Shown: positions 12,375-26,550, counted from the first letter of the whole stretch. The stretch: 63,095 nucleotides of DNA, filler included, from Octopus bimaculoides (GCF_001194135.2; 4 parts of 4 records of this genome joined end to end with filler, not necessarily neighbours in it); one strand, 5' to 3'. The notes: generated by a model from the letters alone, not told the origin. A program made the numbers and translations.

Positions 12375-13660
12375 TCAGGTCATCCCATAAGTTGTGTCCG
12401 ATGTTACCTTTTTAGAAATTAAATGAAATCTAATAGTATTTCAGAATGTTTAATGGAATTTAAAATTATTTTTTATGCATTTGTGTACATTTAAACTAAT
12501 TAAATATTATTTTACAGAATAATAGAATTAAGATTTCTTTGATTAAAACCCTTTCTGACATGGATGTATCCAAAATGCATTTGAGGTACATAATACTTTA
12601 TGAGTACAAAAGAGGAAACTCTGCAGCTGAAGCGACTCGAAACATACACTTAGTTTATGGGAAAGAATGCTTGAATGAAAGAACTTGCAGAAGATGGTTT
12701 GCAAAATTCAGAAGTGGAGATTTCAGCCTTGAAGATGAAGATCGAATAGGACGTCCAGTTGAGTTTGATGATAAGCTCCTTGAGACATTACTTGAAGAAA
12801 GTCCTGCATTATCAATTGAAGAATTGACTATAAAGCTTAGTTCAAACCATAAAACTGTTCATCGTCATCTTCAACAACCTGAAAAGATTCCAAAACTTGG
12901 AATATGTGTGCCACATGAATTGTCCGAAAGCAACCGCAAATCCCGAGTCGACATCTGCTCTTCTCTCCATTCTCGCGAACTCATTTTACCCTTTTGGGAT
13001 AGACTCGTGACTGGTGACGAAAAATGGATCCTCTATCGAAATGTTAAATGTCATAAACAGTGGCTTGGTAAAAGGGAGAAAGCTCAACCACGACCGAGAA
13101 GGGAACTTCATGGGAAAAAAGTTTCTTCTCTCTATCTGGTGGGATTGCAAAGGAGTTATTCATTTTGAATTGTTACCACCTAATGCAACAATCAATGCTC
13201 AAGTCTACTGTCAGCAATTAGAGCGTTTGAACCAAGATTTGAAGAAGAAAAAACCCGCTTTAGTGAATCGAAAATGGGTGATGTTTTCATCAGGACAAAG
13301 CCCAATCCCACACTGCAAAGATCACATCACAGACGATCGAAGAGCTTGGTTGGGAAAAAATTCCTCATACACCTTATTCTCTCAACCTTACTCATTCAGA
13401 CTACCATTTGTTTCGTAGTTTACAGAATCATTTGGGGGACATAACCTTCGCAAGCCAGGAGGAGGTCGAAACTGATATTTCAGAGTACTTTGTTTTGAAA
13501 TCAAAAGAGTTTTACATTGATGGAATTAAAAAGTTTGTAAATAAATGGAAGGAAGTCATAGATAATCAGGGAAAGTACATTGATGATTAAATTTCAATTA
13601 AATATAACATTTGATCACTTGTTTTCTTCAAAATTCGGACAGAACTTATGAGATGACTGA
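12375..13660 (+). mobile_element. Full-length mariner (D,D34D) element, 1286 bp, transposase inactivated by frameshifts
   Basis: TA target duplications at 12373-74 and 13661-62; imperfect TIRs tcaggtcatcccataagttgtgtccga / tcggacagaacttatgagatgactga. ATG at 12560; motifs TCRRWFAKFRSGDFSLED, VPHEL and LVTGDEKW; the C-terminus lies in shifted frames. Confidence 0.95.
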
Positions 13661-13761
13661 TAACTGGACTAGTGACACTAAGTGATGCATAAGACTTGAT
13701 CGATGAAGTGAAGCACGTCTAGAAATGTTGTGAAGCAAAATGTCTATTCTAAACACCAAAA

Positions 13762-13823
<62 letters not shown>

Positions 13824-13849
13824 GAGAGGAAACATAAGTACGAAGAGCC

Positions 13850-16400
13850 ACACGCAATGTAAACGGCTTTTGGAGCCTGGTTCAAAAAGAGAACACCAGT
13901 AAAACTTTGCTGACATTAAGAGAGTACAAATGAAATTAGAAAAGCCATGGAAAGAACTGTGACAGTAAATAAGATGATGAGACGGGAACTCAAGAATGTG
14001 GCACTAAGCAAACGGTAGCATGAGCTGTACATGTTAGAAGAGAGGGGAACGTAAGGAGTTCATGAAAAAGTATCAAAAAGGGGGTGGGGTATAAGGCCAA
14101 ATTGAAAATATATAATGCTAGAAGCAAAGGTTTTAAGAAAGAATAGATTGTTTCAATAAAATACAAAGTTTGTTTTTTAGAAAATAGAGGGGGATTAACA
14201 GCAGAAACTGATTCCAGATACGGAAGAAAATAGAGAGTTTAGGTAGAAATTTGAAATAGGTCAATGACACATTACGAAAGTTCAGAGTGGCTAACACAAG
14301 TAGAAAGACAAATTGCAACTGTGCCGGAAAGAAACAAAAACCATCAGAATTGATCTCTAGTCAGTGAGACTGATGTTAAATAAAGAAAGACATTTTGGAA
14401 ATGATCAGACTCGGATGGAGTACTAGGTTATTGGCTGAAGAATTTTACACACCACACATCGATGAATGTCTGCAGCAGGGACATGTTCCTATCTGCATGA
14501 GAAATAGACGAAGTTATATATTCTATCTATAACCTCTTTATCATTTATATGGAAGCTTATGGCCAGTGTCTTGGCGGAAAATTTGTATTATTATCTGGAA
14601 AATAAAAAGTTACGTCCAGTGGAACAGATGGAGTACAAGACCAATTGTTAGTTGATAAAATGGCAATTAGAATTTGCCGACGCAGAATGGCGGGATTGAA
14701 TGTAGTATGGTTGGATTATGAAAAAGCATAAGACATGAAACTGTGCTTATCCGAAGCTAAACAACGAACACCTTTGGAGTGGCAGAAAATATGGAGAAAA
14801 TGGCCAATGAAAGTCTGAAAAAGTGAGTGGAGGAAAATAAAATGTTGGGAAAGGGAAAAAATGACGTAGCATAGTGCAAGTTTTTGATTATCTCCATTGC
14901 TATTTGTACTTGATATGATACTGCGCAGTTTGACATAACGGCAAGTCAAAATAGTTGCTAATTTGGTAAAATGGTGTGGTCTTATAAATTATTACTTCTT
15001 CATTGATGCTGTAAAGCTTTATTCGAAACGTTATGTGGAAATGGAATTCGGAATTGAAAATTGCACTATACAGTTAAGGAAACAGTGAAAGTGTAAAGGA
15101 ACCCAGGGCGTTGAAATGTTAAATAAACAAACAATCAATCCCGTTGAGAAACCACAGTGTTCTAAGTATTTGGGGATGCTGGAGGCAGAAGAAATAAAAC
15201 ATGATGAGATGAAGCAAATTACAAGCAAGGAGTATGACATGAGAGAAAGAAAAATGTAAGAGTCAAAAATGTGAGATTGTATTCAAGAACGGCTACTGAA
15301 GCTATGAACTCAAGTGCAAGGCAGATTATCAGATATGGAGCTAGAATTATGTATTGAACCAAAGGCAAAATGCAAATATTTGATGCAAAAACTTGAAAGA
15401 TGTTGACTGTGTACGAAGACCGCCATGCCGAAGATGATATTAATCTGATGTACATGAATAGATGCCAGAGTGAAAGAGGTTTTATTGGCGTGGAAGATCG
15501 TGTGAACGTGGGACGAAACAGCTTACAAGATTAGGTACAGAACAGCACATAAAAATTATTAAAGGCAAATAATAAGGAGCAGATGATCGAAACTGGAAAC
15601 GGAGAAAAGATGTTCAAAACATTGATGCAAAATCTGCGTGATCAGCTTTGGAAAGCCACTGAAGATGTATGTAAAACGAAATCCTGGGCTTGGTTGCACA
15701 AAGAGCGATTGAAGAAAGAACTAGAGAGTCTTATTAAAGAAGCTAAAGATCAAGTACTCCACATGTACTTGAGAAAATATATGTATTGGGATTTGTCAAC
15801 AAAATGTAGTTTATGTGGTAGATATGATGTGTACAATGATACATATAGCAGAATGCATTAGGTTGGCCCAAGGAGAATATAAGAAACTCAGGAATGATCA
15901 AGTTGTGAAAGTTATACTGTAGACGCTTTGTCAGAAATGGGTGTTTGAAGCAGGAAGTACATTGTACAATCATCAGGTTTAAATATACATTGAGTCGGAA
16001 ACATACAAGTGTTTGTGGTATTTTATATTTCAAACGGATAAAACGATAAAGCAAGATATTTCAATAATAAAAAAAAGGAAAATCGAAATTGCTTACTGAT
16101 TGATCCATCAGGCACATTTGTTTCCAGGACTGAGAAGAAAGCAGATGTAAGGTTATAAAAAAAGACAATCCCTTAAAATATGACAGCATGAGGATTGGGA
16201 CACGTATTTTGTAAATGTGCTTATGACAATTGGTGATTTAGGGACTGTGAGCGATAATGGGGACAAATGAATAAAGGAGATTTAAATCGAATCTCCTTCG
16301 GAATTTCTACCAGACCTTTGCTCTTACGCGTAGGAATGATCATGAGAAGGATCTTGAACGCTTGATGGCTTATTGAAATCAAGTTGGTAGCTAATGCTCC
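13850..16400 (+). mobile_element. Highly degenerate R4/Dong-clade element, copy C
   Basis: GYWLKNF, SPLLFVL, KKELESLIKEAKDQ, KCSLCGR, FQTDKTI and a terminal IMRRILNA* across broken frames. Confidence 0.75.
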
Positions 16401-18960
16401 ATGTGGTAAGTGACCTTCATCATGATAGCTGAAATGGCAAATAACAATAGAAATGAGAATGGAGTGAATCAGGCTGGAACACCATGTGAAGGTCTCTCAC
16501 CAGGCGAGTGCACCACGGGTGAGCAGTGTGAGCGCAGTCGTCATGAAGCAATTGTTAAAAGACGGTGGACGAAAGAAATGAATGTGGCTGTAATGGAGAG
16601 CAAATTTATAGGTAATCAGAGAAATGATAATGAAGTACCCGCTACGGGATATAGGAAAAGAATGCACTGGACATAGAGCGACAGAAGCCTGTTCGAATTA
16701 AGTGAATACAATCTGTGTGACCCAGCTAGAGCCATCAGAAGGAATGAATGTCTATCTCCAGTTCAAGAAGAAAGCATTAAGAGACAGGTGCTTAGGGATT
16801 GTGAAATCAGCGGTGAAAGGAAGGATGAGGAAGAAACTGTAAATTGTGAAAGTATGGCAGTGGAGTTAAAGAAAGAAAACGAGCAGAGTAACAAATATCC
16901 ATTTTAAATGAAATCATTGATATTTGTACCTCTGGTGAACAGAGCTTTCATACGGGGTTTTAAAAAGTAGATAGAAAGAATCTCAATGAATGGATCAGGG
17001 AGATAAAGGATATCACTGGTGATATCATTTATATCAAAACTCACAAAATCACAGACAATCTTATAAATGCAATTTCGATCTTTATAGCCCGGAAGTTAGG
17101 TTTAAAAGCTAAAGGTAAATGTCAACATAACCTGAAGGAACCATAGTGGAATAGGAAAATAACGCAATCTATCAATAAGACCAGAAAACATATTGGTATT
17201 CTGGAACGGAAACAGAGAAATGAAGTTCAGGGAGAGAATATGTTGAGCTAGAGAGGAAGTATAGAGTGAAGAGTAAGGGAATCAATATTGTGATTGAGGA
17301 ATTAAAACAGAGGTTGAAAGCTAAAGCACATTAACTGAAATGATATGAACGGAGAATTGGATAGTTCAGATTAAATAGACTTTTGGAACAAAATCAGAAA
17401 CGAGTCAATCAGGAACTGGATAGGAAAGGAAAAGAGGTGCAAAAGCCGTGCCGGATGCTGAAGAAGGCTAAACATATAGTCTCAGGAAAAACAACACGAA
17501 ATTGAAGCAAAGTGGTTAAAGACACTCAAAGAGGGGAATGGAGAGTATCAGCAAGAGAATTGGAGAATAACCCAGGAGGTGATTAGAGATCAGTGCAGGA
17601 AAATATCTAACTGTGAAGCGTCTGGTCCAGATGGGGTTCAGAGCATTTGAATTAAAAACCTGACAGCTCTGCACAGGAGAACAGCGAGACAGGTGAATGA
17701 AATACTGAGTAGTGACATCTAACTACCTGCCTGGATGACAAAAGGAAGAACGGTACTATGCCAGAAGGACCCAAATAAAGGGATTGCGGTTCGAAATTTC
17801 CGACCAGTATCTTGTTTGCTACTGATGTGGAAACTGATGATGGGCATCATATCAAACAACATCTATAAGTACCTAGATAAGAATGACGTATTACCAGTGG
17901 AAAAAAAGGAAGTAGACGTAAGAGCAGAGGAATGAAGATAGATAAGACCATACTGGTTGACTGCAAGAAGGTACAAATTTGGCGATAGTATGGATGAACT
18001 TCAGGAAAGCATATGACATGGTCTTACACTCGAGGATTTTTGAATGTCTTAAACTGCATAAGGTATGACCCAATATCCTGAAGTTCATACAAAACTAAAT
18101 GACAACGTGGCTAACTAAACTCACAGCATAGGGGGATAAGCTGGGAGAGATAAATATCAAAAGAGGAATCTTTCAAGGGCACAGTCTGTCGCCTCTCCTA
18201 TTTGTTATGTGCATACTGAGCCTAATGAGCACTTTAAGAAAGATAAGTTTGGGGTACATGCTAGGTAGAATGAAAGGAAACAACCTTTGGTTTATGGATG
18301 ACCTAAAACTATTTGCTAAGACTGAGAAGGAAATTGAGAGTTTGACAGCAACTGTGCAGATGATTACCAAAGATATTGGCATGGAATTTGAGAACGAGAA
18401 ACGTGGTGTAATGATTCTCAAAAGGGGAAAAATCAGTAGAAGTCATGGATTTAAGCTAGAAAGTGGTGAAACTATAGAGGAAGTCGGTATCATTGAAAGA
18501 GATAAGATAAATGAACACAAGATGAAATAAATGTGCAGGAATGAGTATTTAAGGCTTGTGCTGCAATCGTAGCTAAATGGCCGCTATACGATTAGAGCAG
18601 TTAACACGTGGGCGGTTGCTTTGATGATATATAGCAGGAATAGTATCTCGGAAGAATTATGAATTACAAGAGACAGACCGTAGAACAAGTAGATTAATGG
18701 CAATGAACAAGGAAATATAACCCAAGAGTGATGAGTCAAGTTTATATGTAAAGTAGAAAGGAGGACAGGGATTAGTGTTTTGTGAAGGTTGTGTATGGGA
18801 AGAGCAGAATAGCCTGACTTAGTATGTCAACTGGAGTAAAGAAGAAATAATTAATCACTGGAAATGCAGGGAACCTTAAAATTGAACGAAGTTGTAGATC
18901 CAACACACTGGAAAGATTTTGTTATTGCCTGCTTTCCAGTAAAGAATAAGCGATAATTAA
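16400..18960 (+). mobile_element. Degenerate R4/Dong-clade element, copy D, retaining the N-terminal region
   Basis: KRRWTKEMNVAVMES...GYRKRMH N-terminus, [36 protein letters not shown] and WFMDDLKLFAK. Confidence 0.85.
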
Positions 18961-18969
18961 GAACTATCC

Positions 18970-19380
18970 GAGAGTCTTTCAGAGGAGTACTTGCACAGGC
19001 TGAGACTGATACTTAAGCCGAAATGAAACGGACAAAATAAGATCGAAGCTATCAACACCTGGGCACTTTCACTCCTCAGATAAGGAGCAGGGATAATCGC
19101 ATGGACAGTAGACGAAATAAACAGCTTAGACAGAAAGACAAAGACGTTACTAACTAGATATGGGTCGCTCTACCCAAAAAGTGACACAGACAGACAGAAT
19201 ATAAAGGAAATTGGAACAGAGTGCCCAGTAGAACTGTTACAAAAGGTTTACTCCTTGGCACAGCCAGAATAATCAGGCAAGTATTAGATAGCTGAAAAGA
19301 ACGGATATCAATGTACCGTAGGCTACGCCGGTAAGACTCCAGGAGCATCAGCAAAACATGATAGAGAGAAATAATAATAA
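18970..19380 (+). mobile_element. R4/Dong fragment, copy E (same subfamily as copy B), internally deleted, with 3' end and (AAT)n
   Basis: Matches 4380-4590 (aagat.gaagctatcaacacctggg), then jumps to LLGTARIIRQVLDS*, UTR and aataataataa. Confidence 0.75.
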
Positions 19381-19399
19381 TAGTGATAGCAATGGTTAA

Positions 19400-19400
19400 T

Positions 19401-19482
<82 letters not shown>

Positions 19483-19524
19483 GGAGGAGGAGGAGGAGGA
19501 GGAGGAGGATGACGACGACGACGA
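19400..19524. repeat. Compound microsatellite (ATG)n(GAG)n(GAC)n
   Basis: Directly visible. Confidence 0.95.
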
Positions 19525-19539
19525 CCTTGAGGGTGATGT

Positions 19540-19680
19540 TGTTATACGATCATCAACTTGCATGAATGATCTAATGCTTTTCACAAAGGTAATCAATAAC
19601 TGGAATGACTTTTTAGTATAGGAAAACAATTTATTGACGATATTGAAATGGAGTTTGGAATTCATAGATGTAATAGAACC
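19540..19680 (+). mobile_element. Small R4-type RT fragment
   Basis: MNDLMLFTK and IDDIEMEFG resemble MDDLKLFAK and DDIGMEFG. Confidence 0.5.
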
Positions 19681-20599
19681 AGTTGTGTTTTACAGCTTTA
19701 ACATCAACCAGATGGTAAAACGTATACAAAAATACACGTGTTCCTCACAATGCACCATATAATTCACCTTGTACGTGCAGATAGATTTTAGATCTTGTGA
19801 AATGACGGGAGAACCTGGACAGCTGCAGCTGCAACTGTCTGAAAGAAACAAACAGTAACAGTAGAGGCCTGTCTAAAAGAGGTTTATGAATGGAAGCTTA
19901 GACTTTTCAGTAAGCATAAACGTACCAAAAGACTACACTCAATCTCAAAAGAGACAAAGGAATACGTAAAGAAATTAAAGATCACCGCGACTGAAGAGCA
20001 AATATAGGAAATAGAAGAGACCATCCTGAACGCAAATCACAAATATATAAATATATAAATGAATTATAATATTGAGACGAGTCTAAATTAAATGGCATCT
20101 AAGGGGTGAGTGAGTAATATAGGAAAACAAGGCACTAACAATATAGTAAATATCCTGTAAAGACCGGTTATTCTGATGTTCATAGATAGATGAAACCACA
20201 AGTAACAGTCCGCATCTGGATTTAATTCAGAATCAGGCTTTCATTATAGCAGCTTAAGATCTGTTTCGGCTTTTGAGGAAGTACCAATTCAACATTCTTA
20301 GAAATGGTGATGACCCTTCCACCTGCTTTTTAATCACAAAAGAGAAGTTGCTTTACATTACCTCGAATGTGTATACTATACCCAATGATAGGCTAGGTAA
20401 ATATTTGCACTGGATATGCCGTCAATTTGGCTACCATGCGAAATATGAGGTGGATATTTGTGACGTGTGTGTGTGTGTGTGTGTGCGTATGTGTGTACAC
20501 ATATAGATATACAAAATAGATAATGTTTAATTAAGGAGTATGAAATAGACAAAAATCCAACGATAGGGTAACCTTTTTAGAAACTAAGAAAAGCGCTTC

Positions 20600-21000
20600 A
20601 CACTGGCGTCGCTTGCATTTTGATTGTAGAAAATTGCCTCAAGCGCTATTTTTCAACGACAAGGGACGTTTGCTACGCGAATGCCATCAGATGCAATTAC
20701 ACGTGTGCAAGAGATATTTCATGGTGGGGAGGCGTGTGCTACGGGAATGCAACCAGTTGTGTACAACTATTTAGCTGTAGCTTGCTCCAATGATCCACGT
20801 GTTTGGGGACAATATAGTTCAATGGACTTCAATACCTACATCGCCATCCTGCGAATTCCCTCGTGAACGAAGAAATAGTTTCTCGAAATGCTTCTAACAG
20901 CCACTGAAATACAAAAACGCTTGCATTGCGGTCTGCAAATCATCTAGTTTGAATGACCTGCACTATAAAGAATTTCAGTGTGTATATTGGTAGGTCATTA
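20600..21000 (+). mobile_element. Possible Tc1-like transposase remnant
   Basis: Weak: WWGGVCY and II*FE*PA segments recall the Tc1 VWGGIS and LEWPA motifs. Confidence 0.3.
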
Positions 21001-21189
21001 AAATAATCACATAAGATTATTCATTTACAAAGCGAAGATAGGATAGAAAAAAAGCGGAAAAAGAGAGAAAATAGTGAAAAAAGGAATAGATAAAAAAGAA
21101 AAACTAGAAAAAATTGAAAAACAAAAACAAAGAAAATGGGAAAAGGAAAGACAATTCATAGCGACAATGCGTGTGACGTACCAGTTAAT

Positions 21190-21765
21190 CAGTATTATTA
21201 TCATGCCAGATTTGTTTGGTGACCTATTGACAGACATCTATCGCAACTGGAAACAGAGCGGCAGAATTCCTAGTGCCGTTAGCAGAGGTGTAGTGACACT
21301 GCTGAGGAAGAACGCGACAATGGGAACGAATTTTCGGTCCATAACTCTTCTGAACACAGAGTTCAAGATTTTGGCCAAGGTGTTAACGAAATGGCTGGTA
21401 CTTGTCGTCGGTAGCCTGTTCGGAAAATCGCCAACGTGCACAATCCTGGGCAGGTTTATCCATGACAACCTCCACTGTATGCGATACATCATAGAGAGGG
21501 CTGAGATAAAAGGTGGCTTAGGGTGTGCCCTGATAAATTTGGATCAATCAAAAGCATTCAATAGGGTTGACCATCACTACTTGGAAGCCATCCTGAAAGC
21601 AGGCGGGTTCGAACACGTTTTCAAAGGTAGGATTTCTGCAATGCACAGTGGCACCTCTTCAATGGTCAAAGTAAACAGCCACCTATCGGAGCCGTTTGGC
21701 ATCGCGCACACAGTCTGTTAGGGCTTCCCACTGTCGTCACTTTTGTACGTATTGGCATTCGTACC
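21190..21765 (+). mobile_element. L1/Tx1-clade LINE reverse transcriptase fragment
   Basis: NFRSITLLNTEFKILAKVL, GRFIHDNL, INLDQSKAFNRVDHHYL and GFPLSSLLYVLAF, typical Tx1/L1 RT domains. Confidence 0.85.
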
Positions 21766-22433
21766 ACTGCAGAAAACCCATCATGAGTACTCGTCCGATA
21801 AAGTTACACCAGGTATACACACCACAAACACATGTACGTGACATAGTGATCTTATATCAAGATAAACAACGTATCACGTTGTGGGTGGAGCCCAGATTTT
21901 TTCTGGTCGAGTATCCCGTCCCGCTCAAAAAGTCTCTGTATAAAGGCTGTTTAAGGATGTTGAGAGAAACACTCCTGTTTCCAGATTAACCAAACCTGAA
22001 AGAATTCCTCTCAACACATGGCTACGATGCTCTCACACTACTACTGCTCTTGACGAGAGATGAATATATCGTCAGCTACAAAGGGACATGATTAAGGTCA
22101 AACTGGTTAAGGTCAAACAACTGACAAGCAAATTTATGGTATTGAGCAGAATATTTGCTGTAGCCCATCTTTTATACAAAGGCAAAACAACGTACATGAT
22201 AACACTTTCAGTCACTTAAGATGAGAAGCCATGAGAGCCACTGTCTGGTACTACAGTAGGGCATGATGGCCACACTCTGCTATTGCATCAGTGTACTGAC
22301 AAGGAAATATGTGGTGTTAAGAAGAATACTTGTGTAGCCCATCTGTTATACCAAGACAAAACATATATGATAACACTTCCAATCAGTTAAGATGACAAGC
22401 CATGTGAGCCAGTACCTGGTACTACGTCAATAC

Positions 22434-22440
<7 letters not shown>
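21765..22440. repeat. Unclassified interspersed repeat (copy 2) with an internal ~120-bp duplication, ending at (ATT)n
   Basis: Colinear with 1-700; 22140-22255 is repeated at 22310-22430. Confidence 0.75.
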
Positions 22441-22467
<27 letters not shown>

Positions 22468-22470
<3 letters not shown>

Positions 22471-22597
22471 TAGTTTTATTTTTTATAACGTGCTTTCACT
22501 TCACTACCGAGCGCAGCTCTGTGCGCCTTGGATATGTGCTGTGGTTTGCTGTAGTGTTATTATGGTTACTGTATTGAAAGTGTTTTGCGTAGGATGT
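22468..22597 (-). mobile_element. 130-bp R4/Dong 3' end (ILRKTLSIQ* plus 3' UTR) with (TAA)n on both sides
   Basis: The minus strand reads ATC CTA CGC AAA ACA CTT TCA ATA CAG TAA, matching the C-terminal ILRKVL-type motif of the longer copies; TAA repeats on both flanks. Confidence 0.75.
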
Positions 22598-22633
22598 TTA
22601 TTATTATTATTATTATTATTTTANNNNNNNNNN

Positions 22634-22681
<48 letters not shown>

Positions 22682-25589
22682 CACTTCCACTATTGACGAT
22701 ATAGTTTTCTGAATTATTTTGATGAGTTTATTATTAAAATATCTTAATATGTACCTTCAGTGTAGGGCTGGGAGAAAGGGTGCATGCTAATAATAGTTAA
22801 AAATATATCAGGATGCACATTGGACAGTAATTGACATAATTTATTTGTTCCTATATTGGGACGTTTCTATTGATTTCAGTTTTTTATAGTCCATTTTCGT
22901 GTAACAATTCACCATCTTTGTAACTGTCCTTATAATTTTCTCTCATATATCAACCTTGCGGCAAATAAGCGAAAAATACTACTACTGCTAATAGTAACAG
23001 TAGTAGTAGTGGTGGTGGTGGTGATACTAGTAGTGGCAGCAGCAGTAGTAGTAGTGCTGTTGTTTTATTTATCCTTTCTGAGATAATTTAAAGGAACTTT
23101 ACTTCTGGCTCCCAACCAAGTGGCATGTCCTGGCAATAGATGAATGAAGATACTTTCTATTTAACATTGTAGCTTCTAACAAGTAACCTCAGAATTTCTT
23201 TGATCAAATACTTTTTACCCTTTGTTAACAACACAAACGTTTCCAATTAAAGTTTCAACGCCGAAACAGGCGTTAACTAAACCTAACTTGTTATTTGAAA
23301 ATGTAGCTGCCGAAACTATCGCTCTTTTCATTCATTTTTTTTCTTCTTTCTATAGAAAATAACTTGTCTGACTTTGGTGTTTTAATAAAGAATGAAAATA
23401 GCCGACTAAACATCTGAAATTAGATTCATATCATGATTTGATGTTCCAAGCGAATAAATAAACTTAGAAGCAATAGGATATACAAATAGTTTTGTTAGCA
23501 AAAGAAAAGGTATTTACATGAATACAAATCTAAATTAAGTTAGTCTGCATTGTATAAAATATGTTATGTATCAAACAAGATACTAAAGTGTTATTCAATA
23601 AATAGTCAACAACGCGGAACGAACATGTACTGATCGACAACTAGCTTTGATTCTGTTTTCTAATGACTAATATGTTTGCCAAAGCTACAACGGAAGGAAT
23701 ACTAATCACGTTTTGTATAAAATTTATGGACAGATTTACTATTGTCAAACGGACACGTCTGAACTACAGCAATATTCCTATTAATGAATAAAATAACTCA
23801 TATAAATGTTATCGTGTCACTAGTAGTACACAGCTTCTATGACCTATACATACATACATACGTACACGCGCAAAGACACACTCTTTTACATAAATTCATG
23901 CATGTACACATACGTACACACACACGCACACACACACACATACACACACATATATATGTATATATATATATGTGTGTGTGTATGTGTGTGTGTGTGTCTT
24001 TCTCTTTCACTTTATACACACACACATCATACACACATCACACACACATGTTTATTTTTATGTACATATTCGTATATATGCTTATACATATAAATATATA
24101 TGTACACCCACAAAAGTAGGGAACGTTTTTATTGCTTGTATTTGATCATCACAGACACTTTAGTCAGTACACACAGGCACGTGCGTGCGCACACACACCA
24201 CACACCCTCACACACAGACACACACACATGGTAACCAACTGGTAAGCGAGTATGACTGTCGCAGTCTTTGGAAATTGGAGGTGCCATGATATCAATCGCA
24301 AACAAAAGATCCTCCAGATGCTTAATCCCATTCTCAACATATCCGGTTATATATCGAAGACATGCATTAACAAAAGTTGAGGACCCCGTGTACTGCTAGC
24401 CAGTCTTTGAACCTAGACTAGGTTCATCGCTCCTTCTGACACATACCCATACATATATATACATACATACATGACTACATACATAATACGTACATATGTA
24501 CGTAATGTATGTGTGTAACGTATGCGTGTATATAGGCGAAGAAAAAATGTGACAAGTCCTTAATATAACAATAGCGAATTTTGTTTGTAGATTCACTTGC
24601 ATTTCTGAATTATACACAAGCAAACACAACCTGCATCTCTGGTCACTTTAGTCATAACAATGAAATAATGTGAAAAAAAAAAAATGTGCCATCAAAGCTA
24701 TTTTTCTGTAAGCAGAAACGGAAGGAAGAGTTACTGTGTCGATGTGTTCGTATGATATGAAGGAATGTTGATATAATGCTTAATTCTCTCGTAGATGTTT
24801 TTAATGTTTCCTCTCACAGATGCTACAAACTCATGTTCCTATTACGTAGTACATATATATATATACACACATAATATGCATATGCATGTATAATGCATGT
24901 ATGTATAATGCATGTATGTACTATTTATGTATTTATTTTCCTGCGATATTCGCATGGACTAATCCTCTATAATCTTTCTTAAACGCCCACCAAAAATTAT
25001 ATTTGCGGCATGATAGAAGCCATCCTTATGAATACCTGGGAAAAGGAGCAATATTCTACGCAATACTAACGTTTCACCAGCGTTTGATGATCATGTGACC
25101 GCTTCTAGTATGGTGATTTTTTTTTCGTCAAAACACAAAATTGCAGAAATAAATGCTATGTACTGTATTGATCTTGATTAAAATATGCATCTCTAAGAAG
25201 TGATCCTTTTCTCTGCCTTGCATACAAATTAAATATTAGAAATGCAAGTAAATAAATGAAGAAATAAAAAAATTAAGGAAGACATGTGGTTTTACGCACT
25301 GGAAACCAGGGCAACGCCGAACACCTCTTCAAATGTTTACGTACATGCATACATGCATACATGCGTACATACATACATGCGTACATACATACATAAAGAC
25401 TAACCTGTTGTTGATGTTGAAATTCCAATGAAAGTGCCTTGTATTTAGGTTAGAGACTGACTCTTTTCTATTGGCAAGAAAACTTGAAATAAAACTGAAT
25501 AATGATATACATACATACAAGTATACATACATACATACATGCATAAAAACTTATGCACACACAAACACACACACACATATCTTTTATCT

Positions 25590-25790
25590 TTCGTTTCAGT
25601 TATTCGATTGCAGTCATGCTTGACTAAAGCCTTGAAGGATTTAATCGAAGAAATCTACCGAATTTTATTATATCTCTTTAGACCGGTATCTATTCTATCG
25701 GCGTTTTGACAAACCGGTAAGTTACGAAGTCGTAAACCAACCAGCAGCGGCTGCTGAACAGTGGTGGAAGACAAACACAAGATAAACACA
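25590..25790 (-). mobile_element. Degenerate 3' part of SINE family A
   Basis: Similar to 60030-60235 (gtttcagt.att, gtaagttacg..g.cgtaaac). Confidence 0.5.
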
Positions 25791-25849
25791 CAGACACACA
25801 TGCGCGTGCGCGCACACACACAATCACGCGCGCGAGCCTAATCCATAAT

Positions 25850-26133
25850 GTGAAAATAACGCCCACATCTCTCTCAGATCATAACATTATAGAATTAACT
25901 ATGTATGGTCCTAGACAACCCACTAACACCCACCCTACCAGGAGGACTCAAGCAATATCCAACCTGAATTTCCACAGGGCGGACTGGAAGTCAATTCGCA
26001 GAGAGATTCGAAATCAAAACTGGCATGACAGCCTTTCTATACAAGACAATGGCCTCAAACTAAGTCATTTTATGTCAACCATACAAGACATATGCACCAC
26101 ATACGTGCCATATAGAAAGACCAGCAAACATGC
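25850..26133 (+). mobile_element. CR1/L2/Jockey-group LINE fragment (APE C-terminus plus linker), cut by the gap
   Basis: LSDHNIIE, NFHRADWKSIR and ICTTYVPYRK pattern. Confidence 0.65.
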
Positions 26134-26177
26134 NNNNNNNNNNNNNNNNNNNNNNNNNNNNNNNNNNNNNNNNNNNN

Positions 26178-26189
26178 TTAATTAATTAA
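26178..26189. other. Artificial six-frame stop linker in a 100-bp gap
   Basis: 44 N + TTAATTAATTAA + 44 N. Confidence 0.95.
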
Positions 26190-26233
26190 NNNNNNNNNNN
26201 NNNNNNNNNNNNNNNNNNNNNNNNNNNNNNNNN

Positions 26234-26550
26234 GTGACATGTGTAAGGATTTTTGAGCAAGATCGTGCCAGTGCCCCTGGACTGGCTCTTGTGTGGGTGG
26301 TACATAAAATACACGATTTTGAGCGTGGCCGTTGCCAGTACTGCCTGACTGGCCTTCGTGTGGGTCACACGTAAAAGCACCCACTACACTCTCTGAGTGG
26401 TTGGCGTTAGGAAGGGCATCCAGCTGTAGAAACTCTGCCAAATCAGATTGGAGTCTGGTGTAGCCATCTGGTTTCACCATTCCTCAGTCAAATCGTCCAA
26501 CCCATGCTAGCATGGAAAGCGGACGTTAAACGATGATGATGATGATGATG
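26234..26550 (+). mobile_element. RTE LINE 3' UTR with (TGA)n tail
   Basis: Shares gtggttggcgttaggaagggcatccagctgtagaaa and the ~65-bp repeat units with the 3' ends of the RTE copies at 35.1, 37.9 and 44.1 kb. Confidence 0.8.

Noticed and set aside
12539-13590. SETMAR-like domesticated transposase
   Set aside because: It has TIRs, a TA duplication and frameshifts, and no SET-domain exon is visible; it is an ordinary dead mariner
19383-19665. Poly-M/R/T and poly-S ORFs
   Set aside because: Compound trinucleotide microsatellite
24820-24845. Possible plus-strand micro-exon after ttcctctcacag
   Set aside because: Non-consensus donor and too short to support
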